Assembly (NCBI GenBank): GCA_965116885.1
Contig: OZ220741.1
Coordinates: forward strand, 2,016,001-2,080,000
From: Candidatus Latescibacterota bacterium
GTDB taxonomy: Bacteria > Latescibacterota > UBA2968
Reading direction: 5' to 3'
Length of the DNA stretch: 64,000 nt
Shown here: one piece after another, positions 56,374-64,000 of the stretch
Position numbering within the stretch: the first letter of the stretch is position 1
Layout: each line of letters starts with the position of its first letter
Position numbers and translations under genes: made by a program
Notes under the pieces: generated by a model
Told to the model about the DNA's origin: nothing
Database searches by the model: none
Seen by the model: only the letters and a program-made list of their open reading frames with translations

Positions 56374-57090
56374 ATGTCTAAAACGGCTGTTATTTCAGGG
56401 GTCGGCTCTGGTTTAGGCGCCGCGCTGGTGAGGAAGTTTGCAAGCGAAGGCTATCAGGTGGGGTTGCTGGCCCGGTCCTCTGATTATATCCAGGATCTGG
56501 CCGAAGAATTGCTGCAAGAAGGTGTGAGAGTTCTGGCTTTACCCACGGATATCACCGATCCCCAGCAGGTGATCCGGAGTTTTGCCCGGGTGCGCGAGGA
56601 ATTGGGCACGGTTGATGTCCTGATCAACCACGCCGGCAATGCCTCATGGAAAGACTTCCACGAACTGACTCTGGATGAGTTTGAACTGTCCTGGCGCGTG
56701 TGTGCCTATGGCTCCTTTCTGTGCGCCAAAGAAGTGGTCGGCGATATGCTGTCTGCGGGTGGCGGTGCCATCCTTTTCACCGGAGCTACCTCGTCCATTC
56801 GAGGCCGGGCAGGTGCCCTTGCCTTCAGCAGTGCCAAGTTTGCGGTGCGCGGTTTGGCCTGGGCGTTGGCCCGCGAGCTGTGGCCCAAAGGCATTCACGT
56901 GGCCCACGTTATCATAGATGGGGTGCTGGATACCCCCTTGTTGCACGAGAGAGGAGATGTCGAGGAGAGCGAACCGCTCATGAATATTGACGCCGTGGCC
57001 GATGCCTATTGGCGTCTGGTGCAGCAGGACAAAGGCGCCTGGGGTTTCGAGATCGATTTACGGCCCCACGATGAGGGGTTCTTTGAGTGA
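56374..57090 (+). CDS. SDR family oxidoreductase
   Basis: SGVGSGLG; TGATSSIRG; FSSAKF; GIHVAHVIIDG. Confidence 0.93.
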   Translation: MSKTAVISGVGSGLGAALVRKFASEGYQVGLLARSSDYIQDLAEELLQEGVRVLALPTDITDPQQVIRSFARVREELGTVDVLINHAGNASWKDFHELTLDEFELSWRVCAYGSFLCAKEVVGDMLSAGGGAILFTGATSSIRGRAGALAFSSAKFAVRGLAWALARELWPKGIHVAHVIIDGVLDTPLLHERGDVEESEPLMNIDAVADAYWRLVQQDKGAWGFEIDLRPHDEGFFE

Positions 57091-57206
57091 ATTCATAGCA
57101 CTGCGCCATCTGGATAGCTATATCGGACGCATATGGGAAGGCGTTCAAGTGAGCAATCGCAGGTTCCCAGACGATTGTTGATGCGGTGCGTCTTTGGGGT
57201 TATGGA

Positions 57207-57578
57207 TTACAGTATAGGATCAATCGTTACATCGCCACCGTTTACAATCGTTAATATCACGCGATTTCCATAGAGTAATGACATGCCGATCAATGGTCCG
57301 CCTTCTGCTTGCAAAACAATTACTTCGCGTTCTTGGCCATGCCATATCACTTTTGCAAGATAGACATCCAATACTACTGTATTTCCATCACCAAGGGTGG
57401 CACGCCGATTTCCCGCCAGTTGAAGATTGAGGCGGTTGACTAAATCACTCGGTAGGGTCAGATATCCATTGAAGCCTGTATCTATGGCTGCTTCAACTCT
57501 TTCTATTTTTTGATTTTGGCTAACAATTTCCAATTCAATAACAGCTTCTCGGTTGGCTGTAACCTGTCCAGTAATCAT
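57207..57578 (-). CDS. Clan AA (retropepsin-like) aspartic protease
   Basis: IDTGFNGYL catalytic motif; PLIGMSLL; ATGA overlap with the upstream gene. Confidence 0.9.
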   Translation of the reverse strand: MITGQVTANREAVIELEIVSQNQKIERVEAAIDTGFNGYLTLPSDLVNRLNLQLAGNRRATLGDGNTVVLDVYLAKVIWHGQEREVIVLQAEGGPLIGMSLLYGNRVILTIVNGGDVTIDPIL

Positions 57579-57844
57579 TGTGTGTTCACCGAAAAGCTAC
57601 TACCGATGCGATAGGCGGTTGGGTACCCGATTCGCAAACCGTAAATGACTGCATTGGGATGTTTGGCAAGTAGCTGTTTCGTAGCGACCAAATCGTCGGC
57701 GTTGATTTCGTATTTACCTGTTTCAATGTCTATGACCAAGAACTTGCCTTTGTGCTTAGGATCCACTTTGTCCCGGATCTGTTGCACATATATTGCTTCA
57801 CCGCGTGATTCGACTTCCTGAGATGTATAATTAGTATAGGGCAT
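57575..57844 (-). CDS. Small DUF5678-like protein coupled to the aspartic protease
   Basis: GEAIY..HKGKFLVIDIETGKYEI..RIG; AAGGAG RBS. Confidence 0.75.
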   Translation of the reverse strand: MPYTNYTSQEVESRGEAIYVQQIRDKVDPKHKGKFLVIDIETGKYEINADDLVATKQLLAKHPNAVIYGLRIGYPTAYRIGSSFSVNTQ

Positions 57845-57975
57845 GATCTTTCTCCTTCAAGGATTTCAGGGATGTAAAGCACTACCAGGTCGCCGACTTC
57901 GGACTGAGATGGCTCTTATCAGGGCTGCCAGACGAAACTGCTCATGGGTGATAGAGGTTGAACAGTTTCGACGCC

Positions 57976-58333
57976 TTACTTGATATGTTTGCCACATACT
58001 GCTGTCAGTGGGCAGGAATTACACTGGGGTTTGGTGGGAAAACACCAATCCTTTCCGATCTTCCAGGCTGGCCAGTCCAGTTCGCCGGGAAATTTCGGAT
58101 TCAGAAGTCTCGCAGCGAATATTGCTTCTTCTTCTGCCTTAGAGTAAGTCAACCCTGTGCGTTGAAATACACGTATGACATGTACATCGGCCTTGATATC
58201 TATTTGATGTTCCTGCCCTGTAAACATTCTCCACTTATCATGCAGCATGCGGACGGCCATATGGATGCGATACCCTGACCAACGCCATGAATGCTTTGGA
58301 GCCTTTTTTTAACTTCGGCGGGCGACGCATCTT
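57976..58333 (-). pseudogene. Endonuclease III/HhH-GPD family fragment with Fe-S cluster loop; truncated and frameshifted
   Basis: HhH motif LQSIHGVGQGIAS in one frame; frameshift at TCC-AT-ATG (~58260); then DVHVIRV..R.G and CFPTKPQCNSCPLTAVC. No N-terminus. Confidence 0.75.
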
Positions 58334-59878
58334 TCAGGCGCGGGCTGTCTCGAACCCCACCAGGTTGCGGGTTTCTCGGCTGAACTCTACGGCGATGAGA
58401 TGTATCGGCTCGCCGCGATCGCGGTATTTGTCGGCGTAGCGTTTCTGTTTCAGTTGCGCCATTGCGGTGCCTTCGGGTGATAGTTCAACTACTTTGAACT
58501 CGAACAGATACACATTGCCGTTGAAGCGAACTGCCATGTCCAGACGCCCATGGCTGCTGCTGTCCTCCACAACGATGTCCAATCCCACCGATGCGAAGTA
58601 GGAGTAGAACACGCTGGCGTAATAGCCTTCGTAATTCGCTATGTCGTTGTTTGTGTGCCACTGATAGGGAATGCTGGCGAAGAACGCTTTGAACAGGTTC
58701 TCCAGGCCAGCGAAGTCATTGATCAGCAACAGGTCATATAGACGGGCAATGTGCTCTGCCTGCTGCGTCGGGTTCCCTGTCAAGTGGTTCAGCAGACTTT
58801 CGTTCAGGCTCTGGCGCACTTCCTGGTTTGGATAGCCCAGACGGTAGTAGGTCCTGCTGCCTCGCGGTTCGGTATGTCGAATGGTTAGATAGCCGGTCTG
58901 GAACAACAGGGCTTCGGTCGCGATGTGGTCAACGTCAAATGTAGATAACAGTTCGTCATTGCCCAACAGGTTGTCCAGGGTCAGCGTCCCAACTCCGCGC
59001 GAGATCAAGGTCTCGATCAGGAATGTTGGGGTGCCGGTCTCGAACCACCACGCGCCGAAGCGTCGGCTGTCGAAGAGCAGGAGGATGTCGAAGGGGTTAT
59101 AGACCTCCTCTCCCAGCCAGCTATAGCCGTTGTACCAACGGCGTATTTCGTCGCGGTCAAAGCCGGGCAGTTCCGGTGCAAACACTGTGTCCAGGTCTGC
59201 ATCGGTGTAGCCGCAGATGGCTGAGTAGCGCGCATCCAGCGTGATGTCTTTGAGGTTGTTGAGGCCCGAAAAGAGGCTGACTTTGGAGAATTTGCTGACG
59301 CCAGTGAGGAAAGTGAACTTGATATACGCGTCGCTGTCCTTGATGGTTGCGTACAGGCCGCGCAAAAAGTCGCGGTTGGCGCGTGCGACTTCTGGTACTT
59401 CAAGTGCATCCAGAATTGGTTTGTCGTATTCATCTACCAAAACGGCCACTGGCTGCCCGGCACGGTCATGTAGTGCCTCTATCAGATAGGCGAAACGACC
59501 CGGTACTGTCTCGGCCTCAACAACCACCCCGGTTCGACGTTCTATGGCGGCCAATTGATCCAGGAGGTTCGCTTGCAGGTCGCCCGACTCTTTGAAGTTG
59601 CCGCTACCAAAACTCAAGCGAATCACCGGATAGCGGACAGACCAGTCCCAGTGGTCGTGGATATAAAGCCCTTTGAACAGCGGTTCATTGCCTTCGAATA
59701 ATTCCTTCAGTGTGTCCAGAAATAGACTCTTGCCAAAGCGACGCGGACGCGACAGGAAGTAATGCGTACCTCCATCCAACAGTTGCTTCATGTAAGCTGT
59801 TTTGTCAACGTAGTAGCAGTTTTCCTCTCGCATCTTGCGAAAGGTCTGAATACCGATAGGTAGTCTGCGTCTGGTCAT
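58334..59878 (-). CDS. AAA-ATPase-like protein with a C-terminal PD-(D/E)XK nuclease domain
   Basis: LPIGIQTF..YYVDKT; SRPRRFGKS Walker A; LVDEYDKP Walker B; GRLD..FEFK..Q...Y. Confidence 0.93.
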   Translation of the reverse strand: MTRRRLPIGIQTFRKMREENCYYVDKTAYMKQLLDGGTHYFLSRPRRFGKSLFLDTLKELFEGNEPLFKGLYIHDHWDWSVRYPVIRLSFGSGNFKESGDLQANLLDQLAAIERRTGVVVEAETVPGRFAYLIEALHDRAGQPVAVLVDEYDKPILDALEVPEVARANRDFLRGLYATIKDSDAYIKFTFLTGVSKFSKVSLFSGLNNLKDITLDARYSAICGYTDADLDTVFAPELPGFDRDEIRRWYNGYSWLGEEVYNPFDILLLFDSRRFGAWWFETGTPTFLIETLISRGVGTLTLDNLLGNDELLSTFDVDHIATEALLFQTGYLTIRHTEPRGSRTYYRLGYPNQEVRQSLNESLLNHLTGNPTQQAEHIARLYDLLLINDFAGLENLFKAFFASIPYQWHTNNDIANYEGYYASVFYSYFASVGLDIVVEDSSSHGRLDMAVRFNGNVYLFEFKVVELSPEGTAMAQLKQKRYADKYRDRGEPIHLIAVEFSRETRNLVGFETARA

Positions 59879-59911
59879 GGTTCACTCCTGTCTGCCCTCT
59901 TCAAATAGATT

Positions 59912-60973
59912 CTACAGCCGAATCCAATCTGATAGGTTCTCGTGCTGGAAGATCATGGTCTCCTGGATGTTCGATATCCGTCCCTTTCCCGCTTCTTTGG
60001 CCCGTTGGTACATCGCGTATGCAATAGCGACATCGACATAGGCCAGGCCAACTGCGTTGAAGTAGGCCCGTTCTTCGGGGGTCTCCCTTCCTCCTTTTTC
60101 GCCGGAGACGACTTCGACGAGGTTCGCATAAATGTCCTCGTCCGAGAGTTGTCCGTCCTTATACATGCGACTGAGCGTTTGCGTTCTGTGCTTTACGGTT
60201 TCCCAATCGTCGCACACAATTTTATCGCATTGTTTCGCCACGTCATACTCGTCCTCCCAGCCGCCGATATGGCTGTAGAAAGTGCCGGGTTTTATCCAGG
60301 CCGCTTTGAGAAGCGGGGCTTGTGCGCTCGTGGCTGTGACGAGAATGTCGGCGCCCTCTATGGCCCGCTGTGCATTTGTATGGGCGGCGGAAAAGCGCAT
60401 GTCTTGAAAGAGTGTCGCCATTTCGTCGATGAATTGCTGTTCTTCGTGGTCATACTTGGCAGAAACTCGGCACTCCTCAAGGGCTGGAAATACCGTTTTC
60501 ATGGCGATTAAGTGCATCTTGGCCTGTTCCCCCGCGCCAATGAAGGCAATGCTCTTAGAATCCGGCCTTGCGAAATGCCTGGCGGCAATGCCACCCATTG
60601 CGCCCACGCGCATATTCGAGCACAAGGTGCCATCCATAAAGGCGATGGGGTAGCCTTTCTCGATTTCGGATAGGATGAAGACTGCGGAGAGATTCTGCTG
60701 GCCGTATTTCTCGGGATTGAACGGGAATACGGATACCCACTTAGCCCCGCATATCTTTTCGGGCAAGAGGGTTGCAGGCAGGCAGTTAATGCGTTCCTGG
60801 GTGTCTTCATTGAAAATCTGAACTACTTTTTCCGGAAAAAGGATGTCGTTTTTTTCGAAGGCGAGCATGGCGTTTTCCGCCGCGCTCATGGCAAGCCGCA
60901 TGTCCAGGCATCCGGCTTGCAGGAGGTCTTCTTGAGAGAGAAAGAGACATTCGATGCGATGCTTATCCGTCAT
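59912..60973 (-). CDS. Ornithine cyclodeaminase/mu-crystallin family protein
   Basis: AKWVSVFP.N; MR.GA.GG; FIGAGEQA; GLAYVDVA; AAGGAG RBS. Confidence 0.9.
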   Translation of the reverse strand: MTDKHRIECLFLSQEDLLQAGCLDMRLAMSAAENAMLAFEKNDILFPEKVVQIFNEDTQERINCLPATLLPEKICGAKWVSVFPFNPEKYGQQNLSAVFILSEIEKGYPIAFMDGTLCSNMRVGAMGGIAARHFARPDSKSIAFIGAGEQAKMHLIAMKTVFPALEECRVSAKYDHEEQQFIDEMATLFQDMRFSAAHTNAQRAIEGADILVTATSAQAPLLKAAWIKPGTFYSHIGGWEDEYDVAKQCDKIVCDDWETVKHRTQTLSRMYKDGQLSDEDIYANLVEVVSGEKGGRETPEERAYFNAVGLAYVDVAIAYAMYQRAKEAGKGRISNIQETMIFQHENLSDWIRL

Positions 60974-60986
60974 GGGTTCTCCTTTT

Positions 60987-62027
60987 CTATAGATTAACGC
61001 GCAGATTGCCCGCGTGGTGGGAGTCCAATATGCCCAGCATGATTTGAAGCGTTTTTCTGGCTTCGCGCGCGGGCGAGACGAGTGTGCCGCCGTTTTCCAG
61101 GATGTGGATGAGTTCTGTGACTGCGCCAATTTGTCGGATCGATATATACGGCTCTACGGGGACTGCTGCATGAGACCACCAGCGCGGCTCTTGTTGGGTA
61201 ATGACCTCGAATTTTTGATCTGAGATTTCAATCCGTCCATTTTCACACGTCAGAGAAAATTTTGATCCGTTAAACGCCATTTTGTGGCAGTTGTAAAATG
61301 CGCGTACGCCATTGTCAAAATGGATATACGCAGAGGCATAAGGGTCGGTCGCGGGATCGTGCCCGCCATCGCCTTTGTATTCGGTGAAGTGCTCGAATCC
61401 GGGTTCCAGTTCGCCGACCAACCATTCGGGGTTTGCTTCGGCAAAAAAGCACATCATGTCGATCATGTGCGTGCCGTTGCGGAACATCATGGCGCGCGTC
61501 CCAAATTGGTCGCAGACGATGGTTCGCAAACGGCCCATTTCGCCGGATCGGATCATTTCCCTTGCTTGTAGATAACTCGGATACCAGCGGCGCGTGTGTT
61601 CGATCGAGAGCAATACGTTATTTGCTTCTGTGGCTCCGATCATGCGGTCGGCGTCGTCCATGGTTGTGGCAATGGGTTTTTCGCACAGGATTGCCTGGGC
61701 GGATCCCTCGGCGGCGGCTACTGTGATATCGGCGTGTGCGTGATCAGATGTCGCGACACTGACGAAGTCGGGCTGCTCTTTGTCCAGCATTTCCCTGAAA
61801 TCTGTGTACGTGTTCACATCGGGCCAGACGTCGCCCCATCGCTCGCAGAAGTCATCCAGTACCTCCTGGCGCAGGTCGCATACGCCGACGACTTCTGTCT
61901 GTGCGTGTTTGTGGTATGCCGATGCATGAGACGGTGGCATGGCGCCAAAGACGGGTCCTCTCGTTTCATGCGGGCGGCTGGCGCCAATGCCCGTCAAGCC
62001 TACGATTACAGCGCGGTATGTGTTCAT
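60987..62027 (-). CDS. Gfo/Idh/MocA oxidoreductase
   Basis: VGLTGIG; YTDFREML..PD; CEKPIA; NGTHMID. Confidence 0.92.
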   Translation of the reverse strand: MNTYRAVIVGLTGIGASRPHETRGPVFGAMPPSHASAYHKHAQTEVVGVCDLRQEVLDDFCERWGDVWPDVNTYTDFREMLDKEQPDFVSVATSDHAHADITVAAAEGSAQAILCEKPIATTMDDADRMIGATEANNVLLSIEHTRRWYPSYLQAREMIRSGEMGRLRTIVCDQFGTRAMMFRNGTHMIDMMCFFAEANPEWLVGELEPGFEHFTEYKGDGGHDPATDPYASAYIHFDNGVRAFYNCHKMAFNGSKFSLTCENGRIEISDQKFEVITQQEPRWWSHAAVPVEPYISIRQIGAVTELIHILENGGTLVSPAREARKTLQIMLGILDSHHAGNLRVNL

Positions 62028-62043
62028 CTTATTCCTCCCTGGA

Positions 62044-63093
62044 TTAATCCAGTAAGCGGTTAACGACGTGGTCTTCTGCGGCGATGAGGGGATGTTGCTC
62101 ATTTTGCAACGGCAAGGTGACGGGTTCGCCTGTGTGTGCGGCTTGATAGGCGGCTGTTGTGAGCAGGGCAACGGATAGTCCCTCTTCTGCGCTGGTGACA
62201 GGTGTTGTGTCTTGTTCGATGCAGTCGATGAGATGCGCCACACCTGCTGCCATACCCGCTGCTCTGGGCGGTGGCGTATCGACGAGTTTTCCGTTGACGG
62301 AATATCCCAGGCGATCTACTTGAACCCACGCGCCTTCTCCTGTGATGTTGACGCAATCAAATGTGGCATCCTCGCTTCGTGCCTTTGATCGTCCTGCGGT
62401 GAGTGTTGCCGTGAAATCGGGATATTCACACCAGAGCGTGGCGATGTCTTCTGTGCCAAATTGCTCGTATTCCTCAAAGTAGAGATTTTGCATTTGGCAA
62501 CTCACCCTGTTGGGCATACCAAAAAACCAGAGCAGAGCATCCACGGTATGGCTGCCCAAATTCATCAGTTCACCCCCACCATTTTGCACGGCTGGTGTCG
62601 GATAGCTTACATAAGCCATGAGGTCGCCAAAGAATTGCTTCACGCTGTTGTGGGCATACGCGGAGATATGTCCGTATTCGTCCCGGTCAAGGGCTTCTTT
62701 GAGTTTTATCATTGTCGGTGAAAATCGCGATGGGTACGTCAGAAGCACTTTGTTTGATGCGCCTGCGACAGTATCGACAATTTCTCTGGCTTCGACAACG
62801 GTTCGCGCGATGGCTTTATCGACGAGTACGTGTTTGCCGCAATCGAGTGCTTTTTTGATTAGCGTGCGCTTGAGATAGAAGTCCGTGCAGATGGAGACGA
62901 TATCTACGTTCGGGTCTTCCAGGACTGCGTCGTAGTCTTGTGAGACCTCGAGGCCGTAGAGTTGAGATAGTGCCTCGCCTTTGCCTTCGTGGTGCTCTGC
63001 CGCTGCGACGATTTCGCAATCTTCTCGTTCATGCCAGATCGGGCCGTAGGTATTCTGGTGCGCCCGATTGCCAATGAGTCCAATGCGATACAT
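62044..63093 (-). CDS. Gfo/Idh/MocA oxidoreductase
   Basis: IGLIG; GKHVLVDKAI; GGGELMNLGSHTVD; TED. Confidence 0.9.
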   Translation of the reverse strand: MYRIGLIGNRAHQNTYGPIWHEREDCEIVAAAEHHEGKGEALSQLYGLEVSQDYDAVLEDPNVDIVSICTDFYLKRTLIKKALDCGKHVLVDKAIARTVVEAREIVDTVAGASNKVLLTYPSRFSPTMIKLKEALDRDEYGHISAYAHNSVKQFFGDLMAYVSYPTPAVQNGGGELMNLGSHTVDALLWFFGMPNRVSCQMQNLYFEEYEQFGTEDIATLWCEYPDFTATLTAGRSKARSEDATFDCVNITGEGAWVQVDRLGYSVNGKLVDTPPPRAAGMAAGVAHLIDCIEQDTTPVTSAEEGLSVALLTTAAYQAAHTGEPVTLPLQNEQHPLIAAEDHVVNRLLD

Positions 63094-63096
63094 GGT

Positions 63097-63912
63097 TTAT
63101 TTCCCTCCATAAGTGGGCGATGAAAATTCGGGCTGTTGCGACCAGTGGTCAACTTTTCCCATGATGCCGTAGAGTTCGGGTCGCCGGTCGCTCAGATGGT
63201 TTTCATCGGATGCGTCTTTGAGATCGATTTCGTGGATCAATACATCTGGTACATTGGATTGCAATTTTGCCGCGACTTTGCCGCGCGGGTCCGTGATCAG
63301 GGCTACGTTGGGATGTGTGAAGCAGACGAACATCTGATTTTCATAGGATCGCGTGCGCATCCACCATTCATTTTCTTCATGCCACATGCCATAGGTTGGC
63401 ATGAGACAGATTTTCGCACCTTTGAGCCGCAATGTGCGAATTGATTCGGGCCATCGGCGGTCCGCACAAATGACCATGCCCACTGTGCCAATGTCGAGGT
63501 CGAATACGGGCAGGTCATCGCCACGCACAAAGCGGTGATCGTGCGATTGTAGATGCGTTTTGTAATATGTTCCGACAATTTTTCCCGCGCGGTTCACCAA
63601 TATAGCGGCATTGTAAAAATATCCCGCGCGTTTTTCAGTGTATCCAAAAACGATGTGGGTGCGCGATGCGTGCGCCATCTCGCATACCTGTCGGATGTAC
63701 GCGCTTTGCTCGACGTTCTGGGCGACTTCGGCAAAGCGCTCTGCGGTCCAATTTTTTTCGGTTACTGCATATCCATCCAGGAAGCATTCCGGGGTTATGA
63801 AGACATCTGCATCTCCTCCATGTGTCTCAAATTGTTTTTCAAATATCGCCCAATTTTTCTCGACATCCCACTTTTTTGGCATGGCTTTTAGCATGCCGAT
63901 TTTGATTTGCAT
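63097..63912 (-). CDS. Carbon-nitrogen hydrolase (nitrilase superfamily)
   Basis: Catalytic triad TPE, YYKTHL, ICADR; RSYEN; RRPELY. Confidence 0.93.
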   Translation of the reverse strand: MQIKIGMLKAMPKKWDVEKNWAIFEKQFETHGGDADVFITPECFLDGYAVTEKNWTAERFAEVAQNVEQSAYIRQVCEMAHASRTHIVFGYTEKRAGYFYNAAILVNRAGKIVGTYYKTHLQSHDHRFVRGDDLPVFDLDIGTVGMVICADRRWPESIRTLRLKGAKICLMPTYGMWHEENEWWMRTRSYENQMFVCFTHPNVALITDPRGKVAAKLQSNVPDVLIHEIDLKDASDENHLSDRRPELYGIMGKVDHWSQQPEFSSPTYGGK

Positions 63913-63922
63913 GTTGTTTCTC

Positions 63923-64000
63923 CTATTCCACACCTCTCAGAGCTTGTTCAAAATCCGCGCATAAGTCCTCTGCAGCTTCAATGCCGACTGCTACGCGGAT
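63923..64000 (-). CDS. 3' end of a PLP-dependent Cys/Met metabolism enzyme (cystathionine gamma-synthase/lyase family), partial
   Basis: IRVAVGIEAAEDLCADFEQALRGVE* matches the family C-terminal motif RLSVGIE..EDL.ADLEQAL. Confidence 0.75.
   Translation of the reverse strand: MRVAVGIEAAEDLCADFEQALRGVE

Noticed and set aside
1..64000. tRNA, rRNA or a recognisable riboswitch
   Set aside because: None was recognised in the short intergenic regions. A covariance-model search would be needed to exclude them formally.

Overview
This is a gene-dense bacterial window dominated by accessory metabolism. Its content suggests an FCB-superphylum organism of the Latescibacterota or sponge-symbiont type (inference only). 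It holds five ~800-aa MacB/FtsX-type ABC permeases, seven PhyH dioxygenases, four Gfo/Idh/MocA oxidoreductases, two sulfatase-family genes and a TonB receptor/secreted protein/PorV cassette. The most unusual gene is 42967-44343(-): an ECF sigma-70 factor fused in frame to domains II+III of a DNA polymerase III beta sliding clamp, with the clamp's peptide-binding pocket motifs retained. Other highlights: (1) an IS200/IS605 element with both ends, an intact tnpB and a decayed tnpA, sitting at a deletion junction inside a probable second ECF-sigma fusion gene; (2) a sigma54 promoter with tandem enhancer sites upstream of the permease array; (3) a MaoC/CitE/CoA-transferase trio resembling itaconate degradation; (4) a sulfatase-fold protein with Thr at the nucleophile position; (5) several families of short intergenic repeats. 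I saw no rRNA, tRNA or CRISPR array. All family assignments come from reading motifs by eye, not from database searches.
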